DNA from: Gammaproteobacteria bacterium
GTDB taxonomy: Bacteria > Pseudomonadota > Gammaproteobacteria > Eutrophobiales > Eutrophobiaceae
Direction of reading: 5' to 3'
NCBI GenBank assembly: GCA_011772965.1
Contig: WVYN01000014.1
Location: forward strand, 161,002 to 225,001
Length of the DNA: 64,000 nucleotides
Shown here: in pieces, positions 51,014-60,246 of the stretch
Layout of the letters: every line of letters starts with the position of its first letter
How positions within the stretch are numbered: the first letter of the stretch is position 1
The notes under the pieces: model-generated
Database searches by the model: none
The model's input: only the letters and a program-made list of their open reading frames with translations
What the model was told of the DNA's origin: nothing
Position numbers and translations under genes: made by a program

Positions 51014-51475
51014 ATGTCTAACTACGAAAATCTAAAATTGGATAATCAGTTGTGTTTCGCACTCTATGCTGCAACCAACGCTATCATTCGTTCGTACCGT
51101 CTCCGCCTCAGCAAGGTCGGCCTTACCTATCCCCAGTATCTGATACTCGTGGCATTGTGGGAGACAAATGGAATAACCATCAAGGGTCTGGGTGATCGTT
51201 TGCATCTCGATTCAGGCACCTTGACGCCCATTCTCAAAAGGTTGGAAAGTGTGGGAATCCTGAGTCGTGAACGTAATAAAAACGATGAAAGAGTGGTGAA
51301 TATCCGTTTGACAAAAACGGGGAAGGACCTCGAGCATCAAGTTGCGAAAATACAGAGCGCAGTAGCCTGTGAGACAGGGTTGGAACAACTGGAGTTTGTA
51401 AAACTACGCACAGCCTTGCATGAACTCGCTGCCACGATGATTGAAAAACAGCACGATAGCAAGACGGCAGCTTGA
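51014..51475 (+). CDS. ohrR: OhrR-like MarR family redox-sensing regulator
   Basis: LDNQLCFALYAA (sensing Cys), GLTYPQYL.L..LWE, LDSGTLTP.LKRLE, DER.V; second Cys near C-terminus (VACET). Confidence 0.88.
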   Translation: MSNYENLKLDNQLCFALYAATNAIIRSYRLRLSKVGLTYPQYLILVALWETNGITIKGLGDRLHLDSGTLTPILKRLESVGILSRERNKNDERVVNIRLTKTGKDLEHQVAKIQSAVACETGLEQLEFVKLRTALHELAATMIEKQHDSKTAA

Positions 51476-51515
51476 CCGTGTCTGGTGAATAATAAATCCT
51501 AAGGAGGTTAAGAAA

Positions 51516-52013
51516 ATGAGTCAAATATCAATTCGAATGATGCTAATCAGCAGTGCAATGATTGCATCCCTATCTCTTGTGTCCACATCAGCAATCGCCG
51601 CAGAGGAAAAGTCCCTCTTTGAGCGACTGGGCGGTACCTATGCCATCGCCCAGACCGTTGATCACCTGGTTAACAAGCTCTACGTGAACAATGGCTTGAA
51701 TGCCAACCCGATTATCAAGGCAATCCATGACGATAAGTCAACCATGCCTGGTTTCAAGGTTATGCTGACCAACTGGGTGGTTGCAAGAACCGGTGGTCCC
51801 AAGATCTATCAGCCGGACATGTTCGGCCGAGGCGTGGGAATGAAGGAAAGCCATGCGCACCTGAATATCAGTAATCGTGAGTTCGATATCATCATGAATG
51901 AATGCAAGAATACTTTCTACACATTTAACGTACCGGAAAAGGAACTCGGTGAGTTGATGGCAGACCTGGAAAGCTTTCGTAATGAAATCGTCACTTTCCC
52001 TCATAAGGAATAA
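51516..52013 (+). CDS. Group 1 truncated hemoglobin with signal peptide
   Basis: Signal peptide ending SAIAA-EE; SLFERLGG..AI...VD, TGGP..Y, M..SHAHLNI (proximal His), EF. Confidence 0.88.
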   Translation: MSQISIRMMLISSAMIASLSLVSTSAIAAEEKSLFERLGGTYAIAQTVDHLVNKLYVNNGLNANPIIKAIHDDKSTMPGFKVMLTNWVVARTGGPKIYQPDMFGRGVGMKESHAHLNISNREFDIIMNECKNTFYTFNVPEKELGELMADLESFRNEIVTFPHKE

Positions 52014-52058
52014 GCTTCAGTCCTGAATAACAATCAACAACAAAGCGTTGTAATATTC

Positions 52059-52085
52059 AAGCCCGCAGACGTGGGCTTTTTATTT
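52059..52085 (+). terminator. Rho-independent terminator after the globin gene
   Basis: AAGCCCGC-AGAC-GTGGGCTT followed by TTTATTT. Confidence 0.75.
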
Positions 52086-52180
52086 ATATTTTCTGCTTAT
52101 CTACTTTGCCGTTCACTTTAGCTTGAGTTTTCACGGTCAAGGGATTACATATACCATTAAGGCAAGACCGGAGAGAGAAT

Positions 52181-52342
52181 ATGCCAGGATTAGAGGATGA
52201 GAAGCATGCTACGGAAAGCCTGCTGGGAGAACCTGAGCCCTGGGAAAGCTGGGAATCAAAGCTCGTAGCTGCGTGCCTGATTACTGCTATTATCGGCTTG
52301 GTGCTTCTCGGTTGGTTGATACACATCTTTATCCTCAACTAA
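52181..52342 (+). CDS. 53-aa single-TM microprotein (not in ORF track)
   Basis: GGAGAG RBS; MPGLEDEKHATESLLGEPEPWESWESKLVAACLITAIIGLVLLGWLIHIFILN; ends 10 bp before next gene. Confidence 0.75.
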   Translation: MPGLEDEKHATESLLGEPEPWESWESKLVAACLITAIIGLVLLGWLIHIFILN

Positions 52343-52352
52343 GAGGGTATAG

Positions 52353-52643
52353 ATGGCTCCCGAGATTGATATTCCGCTCTCATTTGATGGTACTCATTGG
52401 CTAGCAGGCTTTAATGAAAACCTGTTTCGGGCTTCTGATTTAACTCAACTCGAAAAGTATATTTCAGAAGCAATTTGTCATATTCCTAGCTACACCGATA
52501 AGCCTATTGTAAATATCCGGCTAGTATTTGATAACGATTCACTGCCGGTCTGGTTACGGCAATACCATAGCCATTATTTCAATTACCTGCTTATAGTCCG
52601 GTTGCCAGTGAGCAGTCAAACAACCATGGCAAGCAGATACTAA
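52353..52643 (+). CDS. DUF5395-like small protein
   Basis: DG..W, L..L, FD..SLP.WLRQYHSHYFN motif; 1-bp overlap with downstream transporter. Confidence 0.7.
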   Translation: MAPEIDIPLSFDGTHWLAGFNENLFRASDLTQLEKYISEAICHIPSYTDKPIVNIRLVFDNDSLPVWLRQYHSHYFNYLLIVRLPVSSQTTMASRY

Positions 52644-54145
52644 TGGCCACCGTAAATCGGAAATGGAATGACGGCATGCTCAGTACTGAGGACTGGTGGG
52701 CCGTCTGGCTGGGTCTCATCATGTTTTTGGCCGGGATGATGTCTATCTGGGGACTGGATCTTGTCGGCTGGATGGGTAAAACGAAGACTTGGGAATTTAC
52801 CAACCTGTTGGATGATTTTGCCTGGAGTAAACTGATCAAACCGGCTGGCAAATCCTATTCTGATACCGCACCGCTGTTGTCACTTTTTATCACTTATGCC
52901 GTATTCACTACACTGACCTGCATTGGTGCCTGGTTCCAGAAACTCGACGTCAGGAAATTCTTCATCAGCTTTACGATCATTTTCATTCTCACCTGGTTAT
53001 GCTGGATTATCGGCCATGAGGCGCATTTCAAGGCCATTGATGCCGCCGTTAAAGGTAAAAATGTATTCCAGCAATACGATTTGAGCTGGGGTCTGCAACT
53101 TGGTGGTGGATTTTCCTACATGCTGGCACTGGCCGTGGGACTTATTATCGGCAATGTCTTCAAGGGCTTTGCCGCGTTTCTCAAGGAAGCGGCAAAACCG
53201 GAGTGGTTTATAAAAACTGCAATTGTCTATCTCGGTATCAAGCTGGGCCTGATGTCGATGCAGTCCACAGCTTATGTCGTTGAACTCGCACTTGCCGGTG
53301 CAGCTGCCGTGTTTGTAGCCTACCTGCTGTTCTGGCCGATCGTATACTGGCTGGCGCGCCGTGTTTTCCGGTTAAGACGTGACGCCTCGGCGGTGCTTTC
53401 ATCAGGAATTTCTATCTGTGGCGTATCGGCCGCAATCGCAACCGCTGGCGCTATCCGTGCCAAGCCGATATTGCCCGTCACGGTGTCCATGCTGATTGTG
53501 ATCTTCGCCATGATAGAACTTGTGGTTCTACCAACAACCTATACTGCACTGGCACCAAATCAACCGATAGTGAATGGTGCGGCCATGGGAATGACGGTAA
53601 AAACAGACGGTGCCGATGCCGCCGCTGGCGCTATTCTGGATGAATTGATGGTTAGCCAGCATTTACAGAAAACAGGTGAACATTGGCAGGAAGGCTGGAT
53701 ACTGAGTGCTGCCATACTCACCAAGATATGGATAGATGTTTTTATTGGAGTCTGGGCCTTCCTGCTCGCCCTGATCTGGATATACAAGGTAGAACAGAGG
53801 CCTGGACAGGTCACTGTTCAGCTTTCCGAGATATGGTTCCGTTTCCCGAAATTTGTCATTGGCTATTTCATCGCCTGGTTTTTCTATGTCGGCATCGCCG
53901 TTTATTTTCCAGAGGCGATTGAGAACGCCGCGGATGGAGCTAGCGTAGTACAAAGCCCGATGCGAAAAATGATGTTCATGCTGACCTTTGTGAGCATCGG
54001 CATCATAACCGATTTCAGCAAGCTCAAAGGCATGGGCAGGCTTGCTATACTGTATGGCATTGCATTGTTCCTGATAATTGCGCCGATCGCCTATGCCGTT
54101 GCCTGGATTTTTCATCGCGGTATGCTGCCACCGCTTGTTGAATGA
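52643..54145 (+). CDS. Putative sulfate/sulfite exporter (YeiH/PSE family)
   Basis: EDWWAVW.G, EWFIKTAIV.LG, SGISICGVSAAIA..GAI, W.RFPKFV.G, F.L.F.SIG..TDF. Confidence 0.88.
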   Translation: MATVNRKWNDGMLSTEDWWAVWLGLIMFLAGMMSIWGLDLVGWMGKTKTWEFTNLLDDFAWSKLIKPAGKSYSDTAPLLSLFITYAVFTTLTCIGAWFQKLDVRKFFISFTIIFILTWLCWIIGHEAHFKAIDAAVKGKNVFQQYDLSWGLQLGGGFSYMLALAVGLIIGNVFKGFAAFLKEAAKPEWFIKTAIVYLGIKLGLMSMQSTAYVVELALAGAAAVFVAYLLFWPIVYWLARRVFRLRRDASAVLSSGISICGVSAAIATAGAIRAKPILPVTVSMLIVIFAMIELVVLPTTYTALAPNQPIVNGAAMGMTVKTDGADAAAGAILDELMVSQHLQKTGEHWQEGWILSAAILTKIWIDVFIGVWAFLLALIWIYKVEQRPGQVTVQLSEIWFRFPKFVIGYFIAWFFYVGIAVYFPEAIENAADGASVVQSPMRKMMFMLTFVSIGIITDFSKLKGMGRLAILYGIALFLIIAPIAYAVAWIFHRGMLPPLVE

Positions 54146-54220
54146 TTGAAGCAAGTAGTCAGTTAGTCATTCAGGCAAATAATAATTAACCATAAACTCT
54201 GTGTCTGCTGTAATGTTAAG

Positions 54221-54643
54221 ATGATAAAAATGTACAAGGCTCTGAATATTATCCTGGTTATACTTTTTACCTGTTCCCTTCCTGTCTCCGCCGAACTACT
54301 ACTGGAAACAGAGACTTCATGGGATAGTGGTCGTATCAATTACCCGGATGGCAGGCCCGAAATAACCTCCTTGATTCTCAGACTTGAAGAGGGGGTGATC
54401 ACCAGGTTTCACTGCCACCCGGTACCTACCCTCGGCTATGTCCTGAAAGGAAAAATCAAGGTAGAAACCATTGAGGGCAAAACTGCAGTTTTCTCAGAAG
54501 GTGAATCCGTCGTTGAGGTCATGAATACACTGCACCGGGGAACTGCAGTCGCAGGACCGGTAGAGGTTGTAGTGTTTTATGCCGGTGCCCGGGGCATGCC
54601 GAATACGGTCTACCCTGAAGATTCATCAGATGCTTGCAAATAA
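54221..54643 (+). CDS. Exported cupin domain protein
   Basis: Signal peptide; SWD...YP.G.PEIT, HCHPVP..GYVL.G, E.....H.G, VVFYAG. Confidence 0.85.
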   Translation: MIKMYKALNIILVILFTCSLPVSAELLLETETSWDSGRINYPDGRPEITSLILRLEEGVITRFHCHPVPTLGYVLKGKIKVETIEGKTAVFSEGESVVEVMNTLHRGTAVAGPVEVVVFYAGARGMPNTVYPEDSSDACK

Positions 54644-54738
54644 GCTTGTATTGCCCGTTTGCCGAGACAACTTTTTAATCCCTTATGGAACTGTAGACCC
54701 GCAAACCGGTCTGTGATTGTATCCCCGAGGAGAAAACT

Positions 54739-55257
54739 ATGGACCGCAGAGATTTTCTGAAACAGCTTGGTGTTATAACCGGTTCTCTACTCATACCCTA
54801 CAGCCATGTCTTTGCCCATGAAGTGAACGAAAATTTAAAATTTACACCCCTGGACAAGCCGGATTCCCAATGGCGCAAATTAGTATCGGCAGACCAGTTT
54901 CACATCCTCTTTGATGAAGGTACCGAACCACCCGGTTCCAGCCCCCTGGACAGGGAGAAACGGGCCGGTACGTTTATCTGTGCGGCCTGCTACCTGCCCT
55001 TATTTGAATCGGAAACGAAATATGACAGCGGCACCGGTTGGCCCAGTTTTTACGAGCCTATTACCGGGCGTGTCGAAACCAAACTGGACCTCAAGCTGGT
55101 CTGGCCACGTACCGAATACCACTGCGCGCGTTGTGGTGGTCATCAAGGCCATGTTTTTAATGACGGTCCCCCGCCCACGGGCAAGCGTTATTGTAATAAC
55201 GGCCTGGCATTAAAGTTTATACCGGCTGATCAATCCCTGCCTGAACTGCGAGGTTAG
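54739..55257 (+). CDS. msrB: Tat-exported MsrB
   Basis: MDRRDFLK twin-arginine leader; GTEPP, CAAC/CARC, SGTGWPSF, HQGHVF.DGP.PTGKRYCNNG. Confidence 0.93.
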   Translation: MDRRDFLKQLGVITGSLLIPYSHVFAHEVNENLKFTPLDKPDSQWRKLVSADQFHILFDEGTEPPGSSPLDREKRAGTFICAACYLPLFESETKYDSGTGWPSFYEPITGRVETKLDLKLVWPRTEYHCARCGGHQGHVFNDGPPPTGKRYCNNGLALKFIPADQSLPELRG

Positions 55258-55258
55258 T

Positions 55259-55843
55259 ATGAGACAACTAGTCTTTTTTCTTTTGATTTCTTTCTCGAGT
55301 TTCAGCGTGTTTGCTGAAACGGCGGTGGCCACCTTTGCCGGCGGTTGTTTCTGGTGCATGGAGCCGCCGTATGACAAGCTGGATGGCGTCATCAGTACCA
55401 CATCAGGCTATACCGGTGGTCACCTGGACAACCCTACTTACAAGCAGGTATCGAGCGGCAAGACCGGTCATTATGAAGCCGTGCAGGTGGAATATGACCC
55501 GGACAGGGTCAGCTACCAGGAGTTACTGGACGTTTTCTGGGCCAATGTTGATCTCTTTGATTCCAAGGGCCAGTTCTGCGACAAGGGACCACAGTACCGG
55601 GCAGCGATTTTTGTCCAGAATGACGAGGAAGAAAAACTCGCCAGGCTAAGCAAACAGGCCCTTGAAGGAAAAACCGGGAAAGGCCTCCAGGTAGTCACGG
55701 AGATCCTGCCGACCAGTACCTTCTATCCCGCCGAGGAGTATCACCAGGATTATTATCAGAAAAATCCTGTCCGCTATAATTATTACCGTTTTGCATGCGG
55801 CAGGGATCGCCGCCTGGAAGATGTGCAGCAATTAATCAATTGA
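55259..55843 (+). CDS. msrA: Sec-exported peptide-methionine (S)-S-oxide reductase MsrA
   Basis: Signal peptide ending VFA-E; FAGGCFWCME, SGYTGG, NPTY, GHYEAV, AEEYHQDYY. Confidence 0.94.
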   Translation: MRQLVFFLLISFSSFSVFAETAVATFAGGCFWCMEPPYDKLDGVISTTSGYTGGHLDNPTYKQVSSGKTGHYEAVQVEYDPDRVSYQELLDVFWANVDLFDSKGQFCDKGPQYRAAIFVQNDEEEKLARLSKQALEGKTGKGLQVVTEILPTSTFYPAEEYHQDYYQKNPVRYNYYRFACGRDRRLEDVQQLIN

Positions 55844-55855
55844 TTGCGGCAAAAT

Positions 55856-56938
<1,083 letters not shown>

Positions 56939-57006
56939 TGCATGCCAGTCTGCTTTCCTCGCCCAAACCCTGTCTTGTGCAGACTATACTTAGAATTTCA
57001 GAGTAT

Positions 57007-57201
57007 CTGAACACCAAAACCTATTGCGTGATATCCGGGTTTATTTTTTTGCTGGTGGCCCTGGCGCACCTGTTGCGAATCTACAATGGCTGGGAGGTTA
57101 ATATTGGCACTGAAATCATACCTATGTGGGTATCGTGATTTGGCTTAATCGTACCGGCCTTTCTGGGAATCTGGGCGTTAGTTCTGGTTAAAACTAAATG
57201 A
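57007..57201 (+). pseudogene. Small membrane protein with in-frame TGA (57136-57138) and no ATG start
   Basis: NTKTYCVISGFIFLLVALAHLLRI..GW...IPMWVS-TGA-FGLIVPAFLGIWAL; the frame continues as a second TM helix. Confidence 0.65.
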
Positions 57202-57284
57202 CAATAATTGTTTTTCACATACGCCAGCAATTTTAACCAATTGATTGCATTCGTCATAAAGACGTTCCATGTCCCCAATATATT

Positions 57285-57335
57285 CGGAGAAAAAATTTCT
57301 ATTGCGGAGAAAAAATTTAGTTCTATATTTATAGT
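57285..57335 (+). promoter_or_regulatory. Direct-repeat regulator site and -10 box upstream of the MFS gene
   Basis: CGGAGAAAAAATTT at 57285 and 57305 (20-bp period); TATAGT at 57330-57335. Confidence 0.55.
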
Positions 57336-57493
57336 ACTAGAGTGGATATAAGCCCAGAGCGGGCATAAGGAGTATCCCCCCTACGAGCTTAATTTGTTGT
57401 TTTTTACTCCATATTGTTTTATAGCCATGCGCTGTTTCTCTCTGCATGGTTCTTACTCATAAATATGCTGGAATAAGTAGGGGGGCAAAGCAT

Positions 57494-59362
57494 ATGGCAA
57501 GTATTAACGGTACTTCTGACGATCTCTCGCATGCAGGTAACCCCAACCATAAGAAGAGCTTATCTGAAGGCGCAATAAAAAACCGCTGGCTAATTGCAGC
57601 GTCTGCCGTTGGTATCCATATCTCTATAGGCTCAGTATATGCCTGGAGTGTCTTTAACCTCCCTCTTGAAAATGCCTTTGGCTGGGGGAAAAGCGATATA
57701 GCCATCACATTCAGCCTGGCAATTTTCTTCCTGGGCATGTCCGCTGCAGTCATGGGTCATTTTGTCGAACGTCATGGACCCAGGAAATCAGGCATGGTCG
57801 CTGCATGTTTTTGGGGTACAGGCCTCATAGTCGCCAGCCTGGGAGTGAAATTCGGGATTATCCAGATTTTATGGCTTGGTTACGGTGTGCTCGGCGGAAT
57901 CGGCCTGGGGATTGGCTACATAACGCCAGTATCAACTCTGGTGAAATGGTTTCCTGATCGTCGCGGCCTGGCAACCGGCCTTGCCATCATGGGCTTTGGT
58001 TTCGGCGCGGCCATCGGCGCCCCTGTCTACAACTATATCATGTCTGATGTGACTGCCGGCAAGCTCGGTATGAGCGAGGAAATCTATCGCTCTGGTATCT
58101 CCAGTTACAATTCCGCAAAAAAAATCCTCAAGGAAATTCATGTTCACAACGACTCTGCGGAAGACTATGACATGGAATGGTTATTCTCCGCCGTTACCGC
58201 TGCAAACAAGGATGAAGTACTGGCTTTATTACCGGAAAAGCTGGCAAAGGATGCTGACCCACAACTGGATAAGCTCAATACGTCACTGACTGATTTTCAA
58301 CTGGCACCCTTCTGGAATATGAGGAACACGGACAAGTTCAGGAGTGCCATCGCATCCGGAATTTCTACAAACTTCCTCATTGTTGGCCTCACCTACCTGG
58401 TAATCATGTTTGCGGCGGCAAGTTATATCGCACGCCCGCCACAAGGCTGGATGCCGGCCAGCATGAAGGCCGCTGTCGATTCCGGCAAGAAAAAAATCAT
58501 ACCTGATTTGACTCAGATGACCGCCAACGCGGCAGTCAAAAAGGCGCCTTTTTATGGCTTGTGGATCATGATGTTTATCAACATCTCCTGCGGTATAGGT
58601 ATCATTTACACCGCATCACCACTGGCCCAGGAGAGCATCGGGCTGACTCCCGGTGAAGCGGCGGCCGTAGTCGGCATGATGTCTATCTTCAATGGCCTGG
58701 GTCGCATAGGCTGGGCATCTTTCTCCGATTTGCTGGGGCGCGCCAATACCTACACGTTGTTTTTTGTAGTCGAGATTTTTGCCTTCTATTTTCTACCCAA
58801 TATTACCAGCATTATCATGTTCCAGGTGGTGCTCTACCTGATCCTGACCATGTACGGCGGCGGCTTTGCAACATTGCCGGCCTACATAGGCGACCTGTTT
58901 GGCACAAAACAACTGGGGGCGATCCATGGTTATGTACTTACCGCATGGGCAATGGCCGGGGTATTCGGACCGCAGATTGTTGCTCGCCTCTATGAAGCCA
59001 CCGGTTCCTATGAAACCGTGTTGCACATCTTTGCCGGTGTCTTTGCCTTTGCCCTGGCGGTCAGCATCCTGATGACCATACACACCATCAAAGCACGTAA
59101 CCGCATGACGGCTGTAACTGTTTTTAAATATGAAAACGAGGACTTTATTCGAACCCAGACGACCTTGTTAAACGAGGACGGCAAGTCCGCCATCAATACA
59201 AAACTGGACCGGAATAATCCCAGTTACGCAGCACTTTTGCAAAAGAACTCGTTTACGGGAGAGGCGACCATATTTGGCCGCCTTTACGAGACGTACTATG
59301 CACCGCTGACAGATGAGTCAGGAAAACTGACCGGTGCCATATTCGTCGGCAATCAAAAATAG
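57494..59362 (+). CDS. OFA/monocarboxylate MFS transporter with large loop insertion and C-terminal Cache domain
   Basis: NRWLIA....IH.SIGSVYAWSVF, GYITPVSTLVKWFPDRRGLATG, FNGLGRI.W...SD..GR, YGGGFAT.PAY..DLFG, LTAW; tail FIR..TTL...DG...I.T.LD...P.Y.ALL....FTGEA.IFG..Y.T.YAPL.D.SG...GA.FVG. Confidence 0.9.
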   Translation: MASINGTSDDLSHAGNPNHKKSLSEGAIKNRWLIAASAVGIHISIGSVYAWSVFNLPLENAFGWGKSDIAITFSLAIFFLGMSAAVMGHFVERHGPRKSGMVAACFWGTGLIVASLGVKFGIIQILWLGYGVLGGIGLGIGYITPVSTLVKWFPDRRGLATGLAIMGFGFGAAIGAPVYNYIMSDVTAGKLGMSEEIYRSGISSYNSAKKILKEIHVHNDSAEDYDMEWLFSAVTAANKDEVLALLPEKLAKDADPQLDKLNTSLTDFQLAPFWNMRNTDKFRSAIASGISTNFLIVGLTYLVIMFAAASYIARPPQGWMPASMKAAVDSGKKKIIPDLTQMTANAAVKKAPFYGLWIMMFINISCGIGIIYTASPLAQESIGLTPGEAAAVVGMMSIFNGLGRIGWASFSDLLGRANTYTLFFVVEIFAFYFLPNITSIIMFQVVLYLILTMYGGGFATLPAYIGDLFGTKQLGAIHGYVLTAWAMAGVFGPQIVARLYEATGSYETVLHIFAGVFAFALAVSILMTIHTIKARNRMTAVTVFKYENEDFIRTQTTLLNEDGKSAINTKLDRNNPSYAALLQKNSFTGEATIFGRLYETYYAPLTDESGKLTGAIFVGNQK

Positions 59363-59458
59363 TTTTTTCATGCTTAAATAAAAAAACCTCCGTTAATGAC
59401 AGTTTATTATTAACAGATCGGTTTTTGGTCTTATGCTGACTACGCATTAAGCACTTGG

Positions 59459-59752
59459 CTATTTGAATCTGGAAATAGCCGATTTAATTCCGTTTTCAAG
59501 TGAATCCCAGGCATTTTCAATCCCAGCCTTAAGATCTTCCCAGGCATCATCGCTTGCGTCTTTTAATTCAATAAGTTTTTCAGTGGCAGCAAGCTGCATG
59601 GCCCGTAACTCTTCAATCTGTTTATAATATTCGAGCTGTGCATCAGCATGCGCCTTTTCAGCTTTAGCCTTAAGCTTATTTACTTCAGTTTTCCACTCTT
59701 CCAGTTGCGCCTCTAATTTATTTTCATATGCGTCTTTCATGCCCATATTCAT
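59459..59752 (-). CDS. Small coiled-coil protein (sll1863-like stress protein)
   Basis: KDAY..KLEAQL.EW...LKAKA..A.ADA...Y, L.EL..ASDDAWEDLKAG.E.AW; AGGAG RBS. Confidence 0.8.
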   Translation of the reverse strand: MNMGMKDAYENKLEAQLEEWKTEVNKLKAKAEKAHADAQLEYYKQIEELRAMQLAATEKLIELKDASDDAWEDLKAGIENAWDSLENGIKSAISRFK

Positions 59753-60045
59753 TCTCCTTACATATTCTAGTTAATGCTTGCTATGAAATGCAGTAAATAT
59801 TCAATAATCAATTGTAATGATTGCCACAAGTAGAAATATCCGATATTAAAAACCGGAATATTGCATTAATCAATTATTAACAGTATGAGATACTTATTTC
59901 AAATACAATTTGTTAACAAATTTTAATGGGAATTGTTGAGACTAGATCGAAAAAAACGCTGCTATAAATATAAAATATTAGAGAATAATCCGCCGATAGT
60001 TTGGTCATGATAATCACTCCCTTTTAATGAGGATTGATAAGTAAA

Positions 60046-60086
60046 ACTATAGGTTTTGATTAGTCCTATTCATTGATCTGGATCAA
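60046..60086 (-). promoter_or_regulatory. FNR/ANR-type class II promoter
   Basis: Perfect TTGAT-CTGG-ATCAA at 60073-60086; minus-strand -10 TATAGT at 60051-60046 places the box centre near -41. Confidence 0.75.
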
Positions 60087-60246
60087 AATGTGTATATATA
60101 ACGCATAATTATAAGGGGAATGGATAGCTTATTAGTGCCCGCTTTGGGTAGAAAGCAAACATTTATGGTGCAATGATAGTGACTCCTATCATTAAACTAC
60201 TGAGAAATAGTGAGCCCTGAGAGATTGATTAGGCTATTCTCTGCTG

